A stretch of 64,000 bases of DNA from an uncultured Actinomycetota bacterium (lineage in GTDB: Bacteria; Actinomycetota; Actinomycetes; Streptosporangiales; Streptosporangiaceae). Below, one piece after another: positions 28,356 to 37,638 of this stretch; position 1 is the stretch's first letter; each line of letters starts with the position of its first letter. Location of the stretch: NCBI GenBank assembly GCA_963780555.1, contig CAWACD010000001.1:383741-447740 (forward strand), read 5' to 3'. A program made the position numbers and the translations under genes. Under the pieces are notes generated by a model. The model had not been told where the DNA came from and searched no databases. It saw only the letters and a list, made by a program, of their open reading frames with translations.

Positions 28356-29300
28356 CTATGCCGCCAGCGTCGCGACCGACACCTCCCACAGCTGCCGGGC
28401 CGCCTCCGGGTCCAGGGCGTAGGCCGCAACGCCGCGACGGGTGCCCGGCACGTTCAGCGCCGCCTCGTTGCAGTCCTCGAAGTACCGGCCGCCCACCCCG
28501 GCCAGCAGCGGCGAGGCCGCCACCAGGACCGACGTGGCCGCGCCCTGCTCCGGCGTCTTCCACTGCGCCGCGGGCGCGCCCGACTGAGCGCGCATCCGGT
28601 CCAGTTCCTCGTCGCTGACGTAGCGCTGCAGGGCGGTCCGGATACCGCCGGGCATCAGCGCGTTCACGGTGATGCCGTCGGCGGCCCAGCGCCGGGTCGC
28701 CTCGACCGCGAATAGCACATTGGCCGTCTTGGACTGCCCGTAGGCCGCCCACGGCTCGTACTCCCGGCGCAGGAAGTGGATGTCGTCGAACACGACCGGT
28801 GAGCGCAGGTGGGCCGACGAGCTGACCGAGACCACCCGCGCTGTGCCCGCCGCGGCGAGCGCCCCGTGCAGTCCGGTGGCCAGCGCGAAGTGCCCCAGGT
28901 GGTTGGTGGCGAACTGCATCTCCCAGCCCCGCGGCGTGCGCAGCTCCGGCGACGCCATGATTCCCGCGTTGCTGACCAGGATGTCCAGCGGGCCGTCCCA
29001 GCCCGCCACGAAGGCGGCTACCGACTCGGTGTCGGCCAGGTCGAGCGCCGCGACCAGCACCGGCTTGGCGCCGGCGGACTCGGCGATGTCGCGCGCGGTG
29101 CGCTCGCCGGCCGCCCGGTTACGGACCGCCAGGGTTACCTCAGCCCCGGCGCCGGCCAGGGCGCGGGCCGTCTCGATCCCGATTCCGGACGCGCCGCCGG
29201 TCACGATGGCCCGGCGGCCGGACAGGTCGATCCCCTCGATGACCTCGGCGGCGGTGGACTGGGCGCCGAACGGGGTGACGACGGGTGCATGCTCGGTCAC
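28356..29300 (-). CDS. SDR family oxidoreductase (retinol dehydrogenase/WWOX-like)
   Basis: GTG at 29300 (VTEHAPVVTPFG...). Motifs TGGASGIGIETA, NAGIMA and YGQSK are present. Confidence 0.8.
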   Translation of the reverse strand: MTEHAPVVTPFGAQSTAAEVIEGIDLSGRRAIVTGGASGIGIETARALAGAGAEVTLAVRNRAAGERTARDIAESAGAKPVLVAALDLADTESVAAFVAGWDGPLDILVSNAGIMASPELRTPRGWEMQFATNHLGHFALATGLHGALAAAGTARVVSVSSSAHLRSPVVFDDIHFLRREYEPWAAYGQSKTANVLFAVEATRRWAADGITVNALMPGGIRTALQRYVSDEELDRMRAQSGAPAAQWKTPEQGAATSVLVAASPLLAGVGGRYFEDCNEAALNVPGTRRGVAAYALDPEAARQLWEVSVATLAA

Positions 29301-29410
29301 TGGGTCTCCTTGGTCCGGCGGCCACGCGCCGCTCCTGAAGAGGGCGCTGCGCACGGGCTCCCCGGGCCGGTACGATGGCAACCGGAGGAAGCTCCGCTAT
29401 TGCCCTCAGT

Positions 29411-29434
29411 CTAAGCGGAGTACCCTCCGCTTAG
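29411..29434. promoter_or_regulatory. perfect 10-4-10 inverted repeat, putative TetR operator in the divergent SDR/tetR intergenic region
   Basis: CTAAGCGGAG-TACC-CTCCGCTTAG lies 21 nt upstream of the tetR start. Confidence 0.45.
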
Positions 29435-29454
29435 CAACCCGGAAGGTGACTGCC

Positions 29455-30105
29455 GTGGCGCCAGACCGCCAGCCAGCGCCGGCTGCGCAGGCCAGCCTCC
29501 CGTCCGCGGCCGGACCGGAGCCGGCGGCGCCGCGACCGCTGCGCGCCGACGCCCAGCGCAACCGGGACCGGCTGCTGGAGGTCGCGGTCCGGGCGTTCTC
29601 CTCGGGCGGCCCGGAGATCACGCTGGATGCCGTCGCCCGGCAGGCCGGCGTCGGGATCGGCACCCTGTACCGGCACTTCCCCACCCGCGAGGCGCTGGTC
29701 GAGGCGGCTTACCGCAGCGAGCTGGCCCGGCTCTGCGACTCGGTCGCCGGGCTGCTCGCGGAGCTGCCGCCGGACGCCGCGCTGCGGACCTGGATGGACC
29801 GGTTCGTGGACTACCTGACCACCAAGCGCGGCATGGCCGACGCGCTGCGCGCGGTCGTCGCCTCGGGCGGCAACCCGTTCGAGGAGAGTCGCGGCCGCCT
29901 GACCGGGGCGATCACCGACCTGCTGGCCGCTGGCGCCGGGGCCGGCACGATCCGGCCGGACGTGCAGCCCGCCGACGTGCTGGCCAGCCTGAGCGGGGTG
30001 TCGCTGGTCGCCGGCGAGCCCGCGGCCCGTGACCAGGCCGGCCGGCTGCTGGACCTGCTCATGGACGGCCTGCGCTATCGTCCCGCGCCCGCAGGCCGGG
30101 CCTAG
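29455..30105 (+). CDS. TetR/AcrR family transcriptional regulator
   Basis: RNRDRLLEVAVRAFSSGGPEITLDAVARQAGVGIGTLYRHFPTREALV. GTG at 29455 lies 8 nt after GGAAGG. The 5' 225 codons of the track ORF are antisense to the SDR. Confidence 0.85.
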   Translation: MAPDRQPAPAAQASLPSAAGPEPAAPRPLRADAQRNRDRLLEVAVRAFSSGGPEITLDAVARQAGVGIGTLYRHFPTREALVEAAYRSELARLCDSVAGLLAELPPDAALRTWMDRFVDYLTTKRGMADALRAVVASGGNPFEESRGRLTGAITDLLAAGAGAGTIRPDVQPADVLASLSGVSLVAGEPAARDQAGRLLDLLMDGLRYRPAPAGRA

Positions 30106-30309
30106 CCACACCCCTCCCACCCGCTACGGGCACGCCGGATTCAGCCAGGCCGAAGTATCCCGGCCGCTGGAGCGACCGCGCCGCACGGCTTGCCCCCGGA
30201 GACCAGGCCCTTGACAGCGGCCGGCGAGCGGGGGACGTTTCTGCCGGGGTTGGTCTGGTTTCGGGCGACCCCGGGAGCCGGGCTGGCGGCGGCTGGACGG
30301 AGGCGGCAG

Positions 30310-33300
30310 ATGGCGCGAGGGCAGGCGCAGCAGCAGGCGGGACACCGGCGGCGCCGGACGGCGGCCGGCTTAACCATCTCGCTCGCCGCCCTGGTGCTGA
30401 TCCCGCTCGCGGGCGCCAGCGCCGGGGCCGCCACCACGGGCCCGGCCGCCACGGGCGCCCCGGCTGACGCAGCGGTGGCACCGGGAGCGCCCGGCACCAT
30501 GTCGTACTTCGACCTGGCCCGCAAGGACTGCGTCGGCACCGCGGCCGGCACCGGCTCGAAGGTCTGGTACACCGTCGCCGGCGGCGTCTTGTCCGATACC
30601 TACGAGCCGACCATCGACAACACCAACGTCGCCACGCTGCAGTACATCGTGACCAACGGGTCGACCTTCACCGACCTGCAGGCCCGCGACATGACCTACA
30701 TCGTGCAGGCCGACCCGACCGGGATGGCCTGCACCGTGACCGCCACCGACGCCGCGCACGGCTACCGGCTCACCACCACCTACATCACCGACCCGGCCCG
30801 CGACACCGTGCTGATGCACACCCAGCTCACGGCGGTGCCGGGCTCCGGTACCCGGATCGCCGGCCTGCACCTGTACGCGCGGCTGGACGCCCACGTCAAC
30901 GGGAACGGCGGCGGCGGAACCCAGAACGCCGGCGCGAACAGCGGCGTGGTGGCGACCCTGGGCGGTGCCCCGGTGCCGGTCATCTCCAGCACGAACACGG
31001 TCACCGACGCGGTCAACCGCAGCTACGCCGTCCCCACCTTCATGGCGCTGGCGGCCAGCACCCCCGTCCCGGCCGCCAGCGTGGGCTACGCGGGAACCGC
31101 GAGCGACGGCCTCACCCAGCTGGACAGCGCCCGGGCGCTGACGCCCTACCAGTCCGCGCCGGACGGCCACATCGTGGCCACCGAGGCGCTGACTCCGGCC
31201 GCGGACGGCAGCCTCACCCTGGCCCTGGGCTTCGGCCGCACGCAGGCCGGGGCCATCGGTACCGCGCGCAGCTCGCTCGGGGCGCCGTTCGCGCAGGTTC
31301 AGAGCCGTTACCGCAGCGGCTGGGCCGCCTACGACGCGGGGCTGCGGCGTCCGCCGTCACACCTGCCCGGCGAGCCCGCCGCCGCCCTGTCGCGAATCGA
31401 CCGCTCTTACTACCTGTCCGCGAACGTGCTCAAGGCCAGCGAGGATAAGACGTTCCCGGGCGCGATCGTCGCCTCGCTGGCCAGTCCCTGGGGCCAGGCT
31501 GTGCCCGCCGGGACCGACTCGGGCGGGGCGCCGGCCTACTTCGGCTCCTACCGCGAGGTGTTCGCCCGCGACCTGTACGAGGCCTTCACCGGCCTGCTGG
31601 CGGACGGGGACCTGGCCACGGCGCGGGCCGCCACCCGGTTCCTGCTGGACCGGCAGCAGCTGCCCGGCGGCGCGCTGCCGCGCAACTCGCTGCTGAACGG
31701 GAAGGCCGCCCCCGATACCGGCGGCCTGCAGCTGGACGAGACCTCCTACCCGATCCTGATGGCCCTGCAGGCCGGCCTCGCCGGGGACACGGCCCTGTGG
31801 CGCGACCACATCCGGCCCGCCGCTGACTTCCTGGTCGCCAGCGGGCCTGCCGACGGGGTCGAGCGGTGGGAGGAGCAGGCCGGCTACTCGCCGTCCACCA
31901 TCGCGGCCGAGATCGCCGGGCTCACCGCCGCCTCGGTCATCGCCGCCCGGCACGGGGACGCCGCCCGGGCCCGCATCTACCAGGCCACCGCCGACTACTT
32001 CCAGCGCAGCATCAAGTCGTGGACGGTCACCACGACCGGGCCGGACGGACCGCGGTACTTCATCCGGCTGTCCAAGACCGGCGACCCGAACGCGGCCATC
32101 AGCTACAGCCTGGGCAACGGCGGCCCCACCGCCGACCAGCGGGCCGTCATCGACGGCGGCTTCCAGGAGCTGGTCCGGCTCGGCGAGCTGCCGGCCAGCG
32201 ACCCGGACGTGCAGGCCTCGCTCGGCGTACTGGACAAGCAGATCTCGGTCAGCACCCCTAGCGGCACCGGCTACTACCGCTACGGCACCTCAGCCGCGCT
32301 GGGCAGCGCGGACGGCTACGGCGACTGCTACCAGCCCAGCCAGACCAGCTGCGCGACCTCCGGCGCGCCCTGGCCGCCCACCGACGCCGGGACCGGGCAC
32401 TTGTGGCCGGTGCTGTCCGGCGAGCGGGCCGAGAGCGACATCGCCGGCGGCCACGCCACCGCGGCGGCCGGGCTGCTGAACGCGATGCTGAACTTCTCCT
32501 CCGGCGTCGGCCTGGTGCCCGAGCAGGCGTGGGAGGACCCGGACCTGCCCGCCTCGCCGTACGGCAGCGACCCGGCGACGGCCTCCATCGGGTTCACTGA
32601 CGGCCAGGCGGCCGGATCGGCCTCGCCGCTGACCTGGGCGCAGGCTCAGGAACTGCGGCTGATCCTGGCCCTGGGCGCCGGGCACACCGTCGACACTCCG
32701 GCCGCGACGACCGCCCGGTACGTCCGCCACGGGCCGCCGGGCGCCCTGCCGGTCACGCTGACCGCCCCGGCGTCCGGGGCCACGCTGGAATCGGCGACGA
32801 CCGCCGTCACCGGCAGCACGGCGCCCGGCGCCACGGTCAGCATCGAGTCGGCCGACACCACGACCGGGGCCACCGCCGCGGTGGCGTCGGTCACCGCCGC
32901 GGCCGACGGCAGCTTCTCGGCCACGGTGCCGGCGGGCTTCGGCGCCGACGTCATCACCGCGACCGCCACCGCGGCGGGCGGGCGGAGCACCGGCTACGCC
33001 CAGGTGACCGTGACCGGGGACGTCACCGGCGGGACGACGGTGCTGAACGTGACCGACCCGGCCGGCGACGACAACGGGCCTGGCACCTACCAGTACCCGA
33101 CCGCCGCCGACTTCCACGCCGGGGCCTTCGACCTGACCGGCTTCCAGGTCATCACGGACGGGACCACCGTGTACCTGCGGGCCTCGCTGGCCAACCTGGA
33201 CCCGACGTTCGGCGCGGCATTCGGGGCGCAGCTGCTCGATGTCTACGTCCGCAACCCGGCGGCCAGCCAGACCTCCACGCAGGCCGCCTTCGCCTCGCGG

Positions 33301-33732
33301 AACTACGCCATCGCGGCCTCCGGAGCGTGGAGCGAGCTGGTCGAGGCCCAGGGCTTCGCCGCCCCGAAGTGGACCGACACGGCCGGGAATCCGGCCGGCA
33401 CCGCGGTCATGGTGGCCGACCAGGCCAGCAAGACCGTCACGATCGCGCTGCCGCAGGCACAGTTCGGCACGCCGGGGCCGGGCTGGGCCTTCACCGTGGT
33501 GCTCACCGGCCAGGACGGGTTCAGCTCCGACCAGGCTCGCGCCTTCACCGCGACGCCCGGCGCGTTCAGCTTCGGCGTGTGCGCCGCCGACGGGACCAGC
33601 CCGGTCTGCTCGGCCGATCCCGGCACCGTGCCCAAGGCCATGGACGTGCTGACCCCGGCCGGGGTGTCGCAGGCGGCCGAGCTGGACCCGACGCTCGGCC
33701 CGGTCATCATCCAGCCCGTCCCGGTCGGGTGA
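30310..33732 (+). CDS. secreted glycoside hydrolase family 15 glucodextranase/glucoamylase with C-terminal Ig-like and glucodextranase-C-like domains
   Basis: Signal MARGQAQQQAGHRRRRTAAGLTISLAALVLIPLAGASA. GH15 catalytic-domain motifs are present: YREVFARDLYE, LQLDETSYPILMA and ERWEEQAGYSPSTIAAEIAGL. The C-terminus reads VLNVTDPAGDDNGPGTYQYPTAADFHAGAFDLTGFQV. Confidence 0.8.
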   Translation: MARGQAQQQAGHRRRRTAAGLTISLAALVLIPLAGASAGAATTGPAATGAPADAAVAPGAPGTMSYFDLARKDCVGTAAGTGSKVWYTVAGGVLSDTYEPTIDNTNVATLQYIVTNGSTFTDLQARDMTYIVQADPTGMACTVTATDAAHGYRLTTTYITDPARDTVLMHTQLTAVPGSGTRIAGLHLYARLDAHVNGNGGGGTQNAGANSGVVATLGGAPVPVISSTNTVTDAVNRSYAVPTFMALAASTPVPAASVGYAGTASDGLTQLDSARALTPYQSAPDGHIVATEALTPAADGSLTLALGFGRTQAGAIGTARSSLGAPFAQVQSRYRSGWAAYDAGLRRPPSHLPGEPAAALSRIDRSYYLSANVLKASEDKTFPGAIVASLASPWGQAVPAGTDSGGAPAYFGSYREVFARDLYEAFTGLLADGDLATARAATRFLLDRQQLPGGALPRNSLLNGKAAPDTGGLQLDETSYPILMALQAGLAGDTALWRDHIRPAADFLVASGPADGVERWEEQAGYSPSTIAAEIAGLTAASVIAARHGDAARARIYQATADYFQRSIKSWTVTTTGPDGPRYFIRLSKTGDPNAAISYSLGNGGPTADQRAVIDGGFQELVRLGELPASDPDVQASLGVLDKQISVSTPSGTGYYRYGTSAALGSADGYGDCYQPSQTSCATSGAPWPPTDAGTGHLWPVLSGERAESDIAGGHATAAAGLLNAMLNFSSGVGLVPEQAWEDPDLPASPYGSDPATASIGFTDGQAAGSASPLTWAQAQELRLILALGAGHTVDTPAATTARYVRHGPPGALPVTLTAPASGATLESATTAVTGSTAPGATVSIESADTTTGATAAVASVTAAADGSFSATVPAGFGADVITATATAAGGRSTGYAQVTVTGDVTGGTTVLNVTDPAGDDNGPGTYQYPTAADFHAGAFDLTGFQVITDGTTVYLRASLANLDPTFGAAFGAQLLDVYVRNPAASQTSTQAAFASRNYAIAASGAWSELVEAQGFAAPKWTDTAGNPAGTAVMVADQASKTVTIALPQAQFGTPGPGWAFTVVLTGQDGFSSDQARAFTATPGAFSFGVCAADGTSPVCSADPGTVPKAMDVLTPAGVSQAAELDPTLGPVIIQPVPVG

Positions 33733-33840
33733 CTCCGGCCGGCCAGGCCCGGCCCATGTTAGAAACCGCCCAGCAACGGTAGGGAAGGAGGCACGACCGC
33801 ACTGCCGCACCGCGCGGCAGTCTCCCGGAGGGAGCCTGGC

Positions 33841-34029
33841 ATGGGTCTGATGGACAAGCTCAAGAACAAGGCGCAGGAAAAGAAGGGGCAGGGCAAGCAG
33901 GCTGCCGGCCAGGCCAGCGACGACCCGTATCTGCAGGCCGAGGGTCAGGCCGATGAGACATCGGCCGACCTCAAGCAGGCGGGCGAGAAGGTCAAGGACG
34001 CCTTCAAGTCCGGCAAGTCCGACAAGTAA
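33841..34029 (+). CDS. CsbD family stress-response protein
   Basis: 62 aa: MGLMDKLKNKAQEKKGQGKQAAG...GEKVKDAFK. Confidence 0.8.
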   Translation: MGLMDKLKNKAQEKKGQGKQAAGQASDDPYLQAEGQADETSADLKQAGEKVKDAFKSGKSDK

Positions 34030-34178
34030 CTGCTGTATTGCCCGCTCCCCGGCCCGCCCTCGGCGCCGTTAGGCGCCCTGAGCGCGCCGGCGGGGTGCCG
34101 GCGCCGCCTGGACTGAGGAGCCTGCGACGAGGGAAGGCGGCGCCACGCAGGCGCCCCGCCGGGGAGCGGAAACACAGT

Positions 34179-36040
34179 TCAGGGCAGCAGCACGACGCTG
34201 ACCTGGCGTAGCGTCCCGGCCGCGGGGTCCACCGTGATGCTCAGCTCGGCCCGGCCTGACTCGCCCGCCAGCTCGGCAGTCGTCGAGCTCTCGCCGTCGC
34301 CCGCGCAGAACGCGGCGACGGCGCAGGGCCCGGTCCACGCGCCCGCCACCCGCAGCCGCCGGGCGGCGTCGCCGCCATTGACATCCGCGGCCACGGCCAG
34401 GTCCGCCGGCAGCGCCGCCGCGCCCGCGTTCACCAGGCCGGTGAGCGTCTCCAGGACGCGCTGCAGCACCGATCCGGCCGCAGGCGGCACCGCCAGCCGC
34501 AGGGACTGAATCCGGGTCTGCGCCAGCGGGGCCAGTCCGATCTCGGCCTGGACGACACCGTGTTCGCCGCGCAGCCACCAGCGGCAGTGCGCGGGCGAGT
34601 CGTACTGCGCCGGGCGATCCGGGTCGGACCGGAAGTCGCCGATCCGGTCCCGGATCTGGCCGATCGCAGCCTGCCGGCCAGCCAGCGGCTGATCCCAGTC
34701 CACGTTGGGCGTGAACAGCCGGGCGGCCAGCTCGTCATCCCAGTCCTGCAGCAGCCGGTCGGCGTCCGCGCGGGCGGCCAGGGTCTGCGGCCACGCCCGG
34801 CCATCCGGAGCAGGCCCCCGAACCAGCGCGGTCCCGGCCGCGGTCACTCCGGCCGGCCCGGCCCCAGCTGACCGAGCACCTCGGCCAGCATCCGGCTGGC
34901 CAGCACGCCGGCGTGGGCGTAGGTGCCGTTGCCCAGCACGATGGTGCCGATTCCGGTGGCCTGATGCCAGCGCATCTGGCTGCCGTAGCCGGGGTATCCG
35001 CCACTGTGCTGCACGATCGCGCCGAAGGCCGGGTCGTCCTCGATGAACAGCCCGAACCCGTAGCTCATCCCGGCGCCGCCGGGGAAAGAACCGTCCGGCC
35101 CGGTGACGATGGCCAGCTGCGGCAGCTGCATCTCGCGCCGGGATGCCCGGCCCAGCGGGTGCGCGGTCGCCGGCGGCCGGGTCACCAGGCGGGAAAGCCG
35201 AGGCGAAGCCGGCGACCCAGCGGGCCAGGTCGGCGACGGTGCTGTACACCCCGCCCATCGGCGCGAAGGCGCCGTAGGGGTCGGGCACCAGCTCGGTCCA
35301 GCCGCCGTCGGCGTGCTGGTAGCCGCGGGCCAGCTCGTCCGGGCTGAACTCGGCCTCCTCGAAGCCGGTCCTGGTCATGCCGAGCGGCGCCAGGATCCGG
35401 GCTCGCACCACGGCCGCGTAGTCCTCGCCGGTGACGTTCTCGATGACCTTGCCGAGAATCGCGTAGCCCAGGTTGGAGTACTCGAACCGGGTGCCCGGCG
35501 CCCAGGCCATCCGGATGCCGCCGTCGCGCAGCAGGGCGGCGAACTCAGCAGGCGGCAGGCCCTGCTGCCGGTCGCCCCACGGGTCGTCGGTCGGGAACCC
35601 GCCGGTCATCGTCAGCAGGTTGCGGATGGTCGGCCGCGGCGAGTCGGCCGACGGCAGGCGCACCCCGCGCATTTCGGCGACGTACTCCTGCGCCAGGTCA
35701 TCCAGCCGCAGCGCACCCGAGTCACGCAGCGTCAGGACGGTGGCGGCGGTGAAGCTCTTGGTCATCGAGGCGATGCGGAACACGCTGCCGGCGTCCGGGG
35801 CAGGCCCGCCCAGCCGTCGCTCGCCCAGCCCGCCGGAGTGCACCAGCGCGCCGCGCGCGACCACGCCGTAGGCCAGGCCCGGCTGGCCCGCCCGCTCGGC
35901 GAAGGCGGCGGCCAGCCGGTCGACAGCGGCCAGGTCCGCGCCAGCCAGGCCGGCGCTGGCCGGCCCGGCGGCGAGTTCGCCGCGCCGGCGGGGTGCTGCG
36001 TAGAGTCCAGCTCAGCCACGGACCGTACCTCCTCAGGCAT
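34179..36040 (-). pseudogene. serine hydrolase (class C beta-lactamase / PBP family) with a C-terminal extension, 2-3 frameshifts
   Basis: SxxK motif IASMTKSF and YSNLGY lie in track ORF 34179..35864. The middle part (GMSYGFGLFIEDDPAFGAIVQHSGGYPGYGSQMRWH, 34844..35185) is in another frame. The N-terminus (ELAAGPASAGLAGADLAAVDRLAAAFAER) has no in-frame start. Confidence 0.7.
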
Positions 36041-36185
36041 GACCCCGGCGGGACATATGGCCGGGCAGAGGACAAGCTAACGTGCCGGGCCGGGCCTGCT
36101 CCACCCCGATTACCACCCGGGACGGCGGCACGCCAGCCGCCGGGCGGCTGGCCGGGCCAGGCGGTCGTCGCATAATCTGCGTTCT

Positions 36186-36398
36186 ATGTGCCGCAGCATC
36201 AAGACTCTCCGCGAGCCCTACACCGATGGCGTCACCGAGGCCGACATGCGGGCCGCCGCCCTGCAGTATGTCCGGAAGGTCAGCGGGTTCCGTACCCCGG
36301 CCGGGCATAACGCCGAGGCGTTCGACCGTGCTGTCCAGGCCATCACCGTCGCGACCAGGGACCTGCTGGGCGAGCTGGAAGTACGCGGCGCGCGCTAA
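36186..36398 (+). CDS. DUF2277 domain protein
   Basis: 70 aa: MCRSIKTLREPYTDGVTEADMRAAALQYVRKVSGF..., a pattern I recognise from DUF2277 proteins. Confidence 0.6.
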   Translation: MCRSIKTLREPYTDGVTEADMRAAALQYVRKVSGFRTPAGHNAEAFDRAVQAITVATRDLLGELEVRGAR

Positions 36399-36402
36399 TT
36401 AT

Positions 36403-36460
36403 CCGGGGGTCTGGGGGGCGAGCCCCCAGTTACTGGGGGTTCCGGGGGTGGCCCCCTGGG
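36403..36460 (+). repeat. twin G5/C5 hairpin intergenic repeat, copy A
   Basis: CCGGGGGTCTGGGGGGCGAGCCCCCAGTTACTGGGGGTTCCGGGGGTGGCCCCCTGGG lies directly after the stop at 36398. It has the same architecture as 46631-46691. Confidence 0.5.
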
Positions 36461-36496
36461 ATAAACAGGCGATCAGCATTCCAGAGCGGAGTATCC

Positions 36497-36913
36497 GTGG
36501 CAGAAGCAGGCGGCTGGAACGACAAGATCATCGCGGAGTTCCGGGCTAACGGCGGGAAGGTGGGCGGCCCCTTCGAGGGCGGCACGCTGCTCCTGCTGCA
36601 CACCACCGGAGCGCGCAGCGGCCGGGAGCACGTCACCCCGGTGATGTACCGCGAGGAGGGCAGCAACTACGCCGTCTTCGCCTCCAAGGCGGGCGCGCCG
36701 GACAACCCGGACTGGTATCACAACCTCCTGGCCCAGCCCAAGGTGACGGCCGAGATCGGCACGCAGACCGTCAGCCTGGTCGCCCGGGTGGCCGCCGGCG
36801 AGGAGCGGGACCGGATCTGGGCGGCCAACAAGCTGCAGAATCCCGGATTCGCCGAGTACGAGCGTCAGACGACGCGGCAGATCCCGGTGGTCATCCTGGA
36901 GCCGTCGGGCTGA
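36497..36913 (+). CDS. nitroreductase-family deazaflavin (F420)-dependent oxidoreductase (DUF385/DDN-like)
   Basis: WNDKIIAEFRANGGKVGGPFEG...LLLLHTTGARSGREHVTPVMY...DWYHNLLAQP...IPVVILEP. Confidence 0.8.
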   Translation: MAEAGGWNDKIIAEFRANGGKVGGPFEGGTLLLLHTTGARSGREHVTPVMYREEGSNYAVFASKAGAPDNPDWYHNLLAQPKVTAEIGTQTVSLVARVAAGEERDRIWAANKLQNPGFAEYERQTTRQIPVVILEPSG

Positions 36914-37594
36914 TCCGCGGGCAGGCGGCGGCCAGCTGCTGGCTCGCCTGCGCCGGTCCCGGCCAGCGCGATCTCCTCGTCCAGGGCGGCATCGGGCAGG
37001 TCCAGCAGCGCGGCAGCCCAGCCGGATCTCGAACCGAGCGGCCGCGGGCGAGGAGACGCCGCCAGCCAGCGCCGGGTCGCGGCCCCGAAGACATCGGCGA
37101 TCACCGGCAGGACGGCCGCGTGCCGGGAGCTGAGCGGCTGCCCGGCGCGCGGCCACGTGCCGGATGACCTCCAGGCGCGCCCGCTCGATGCGCTCGATCG
37201 TCGTGCTGTAGCTGCGGCTGGTCTCGCTGACCGCGCGGCTCAGCGCGGCGGTCAGCTTCGGCTCCCGCTGCTCGGCACGGAACTCGCGGAGCAGGTGCGC
37301 GGTGACCCGCTCGCGGACAGTCCCGGCGCGCGGCGGCTCGGACCGGACCTGCTCCAGCGCCGCCTCGAACCGGCTCAGCGTGATGGCCAGCAGCACGTGG
37401 TCCTTGGCCGGGAAGTACCGGTACAGCGTGGCCAGCGACACATCGGCGCGCTGGGACAGCTCCTTCATCTGCAGCGCGTCCTCACCGCCGGAGCTGAGCA
37501 TCGCGGCGGCAGCCTCCAGGATGCGGTCGTGCCGGCCGTGCTGCGCAGGCGTGGACGGGACCGCAGGTCCTGCCGCCGGTGCCGCGCGCTGCAT
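36865..37594 (-). pseudogene. TetR family transcriptional regulator, at least one frameshift; 3' end uncertain
   Basis: ATG at 37594. The HTH is ALQMKELSQRADVSLATLYRYFPAKDHVL. After ...EVIRHVAARRA the track frame becomes antisense junk, and the protein continues in another frame (PVIADVFGAATRRWL...ALLDLPDAALDEEIALAG). Confidence 0.6.
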
Positions 37595-37638
37595 GTCAGA
37601 CCGCCATCCCGAGCTGGTTCCGCGTGGGCGCCAGGTTG

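Noticed and set aside
28780-30105. 441-aa ORF
   Set aside because: Only the last ~216 codons (from GTG 29455) are a TetR regulator. The upstream part is antisense to the SDR gene at 28356..29300.
33801-33821. Hairpin ACTGCCGC-ACCGC-GCGGCAGT upstream of csbD, considered as a terminator or riboregulator
   Set aside because: The stem is short (8 bp) with no U-tract, and it is close to the csbD RBS. I cannot distinguish a function from chance.
34041-34170. Long-range inverted repeat CCGCTCCCCGGC ... GCCGGGGAGCGG between csbD and the serine hydrolase gene
   Set aside because: Only the outer 12 nt pair perfectly and the interior pairs poorly. It is probably just GC-rich terminator-like sequence between convergent genes, so I did not call it as a feature.
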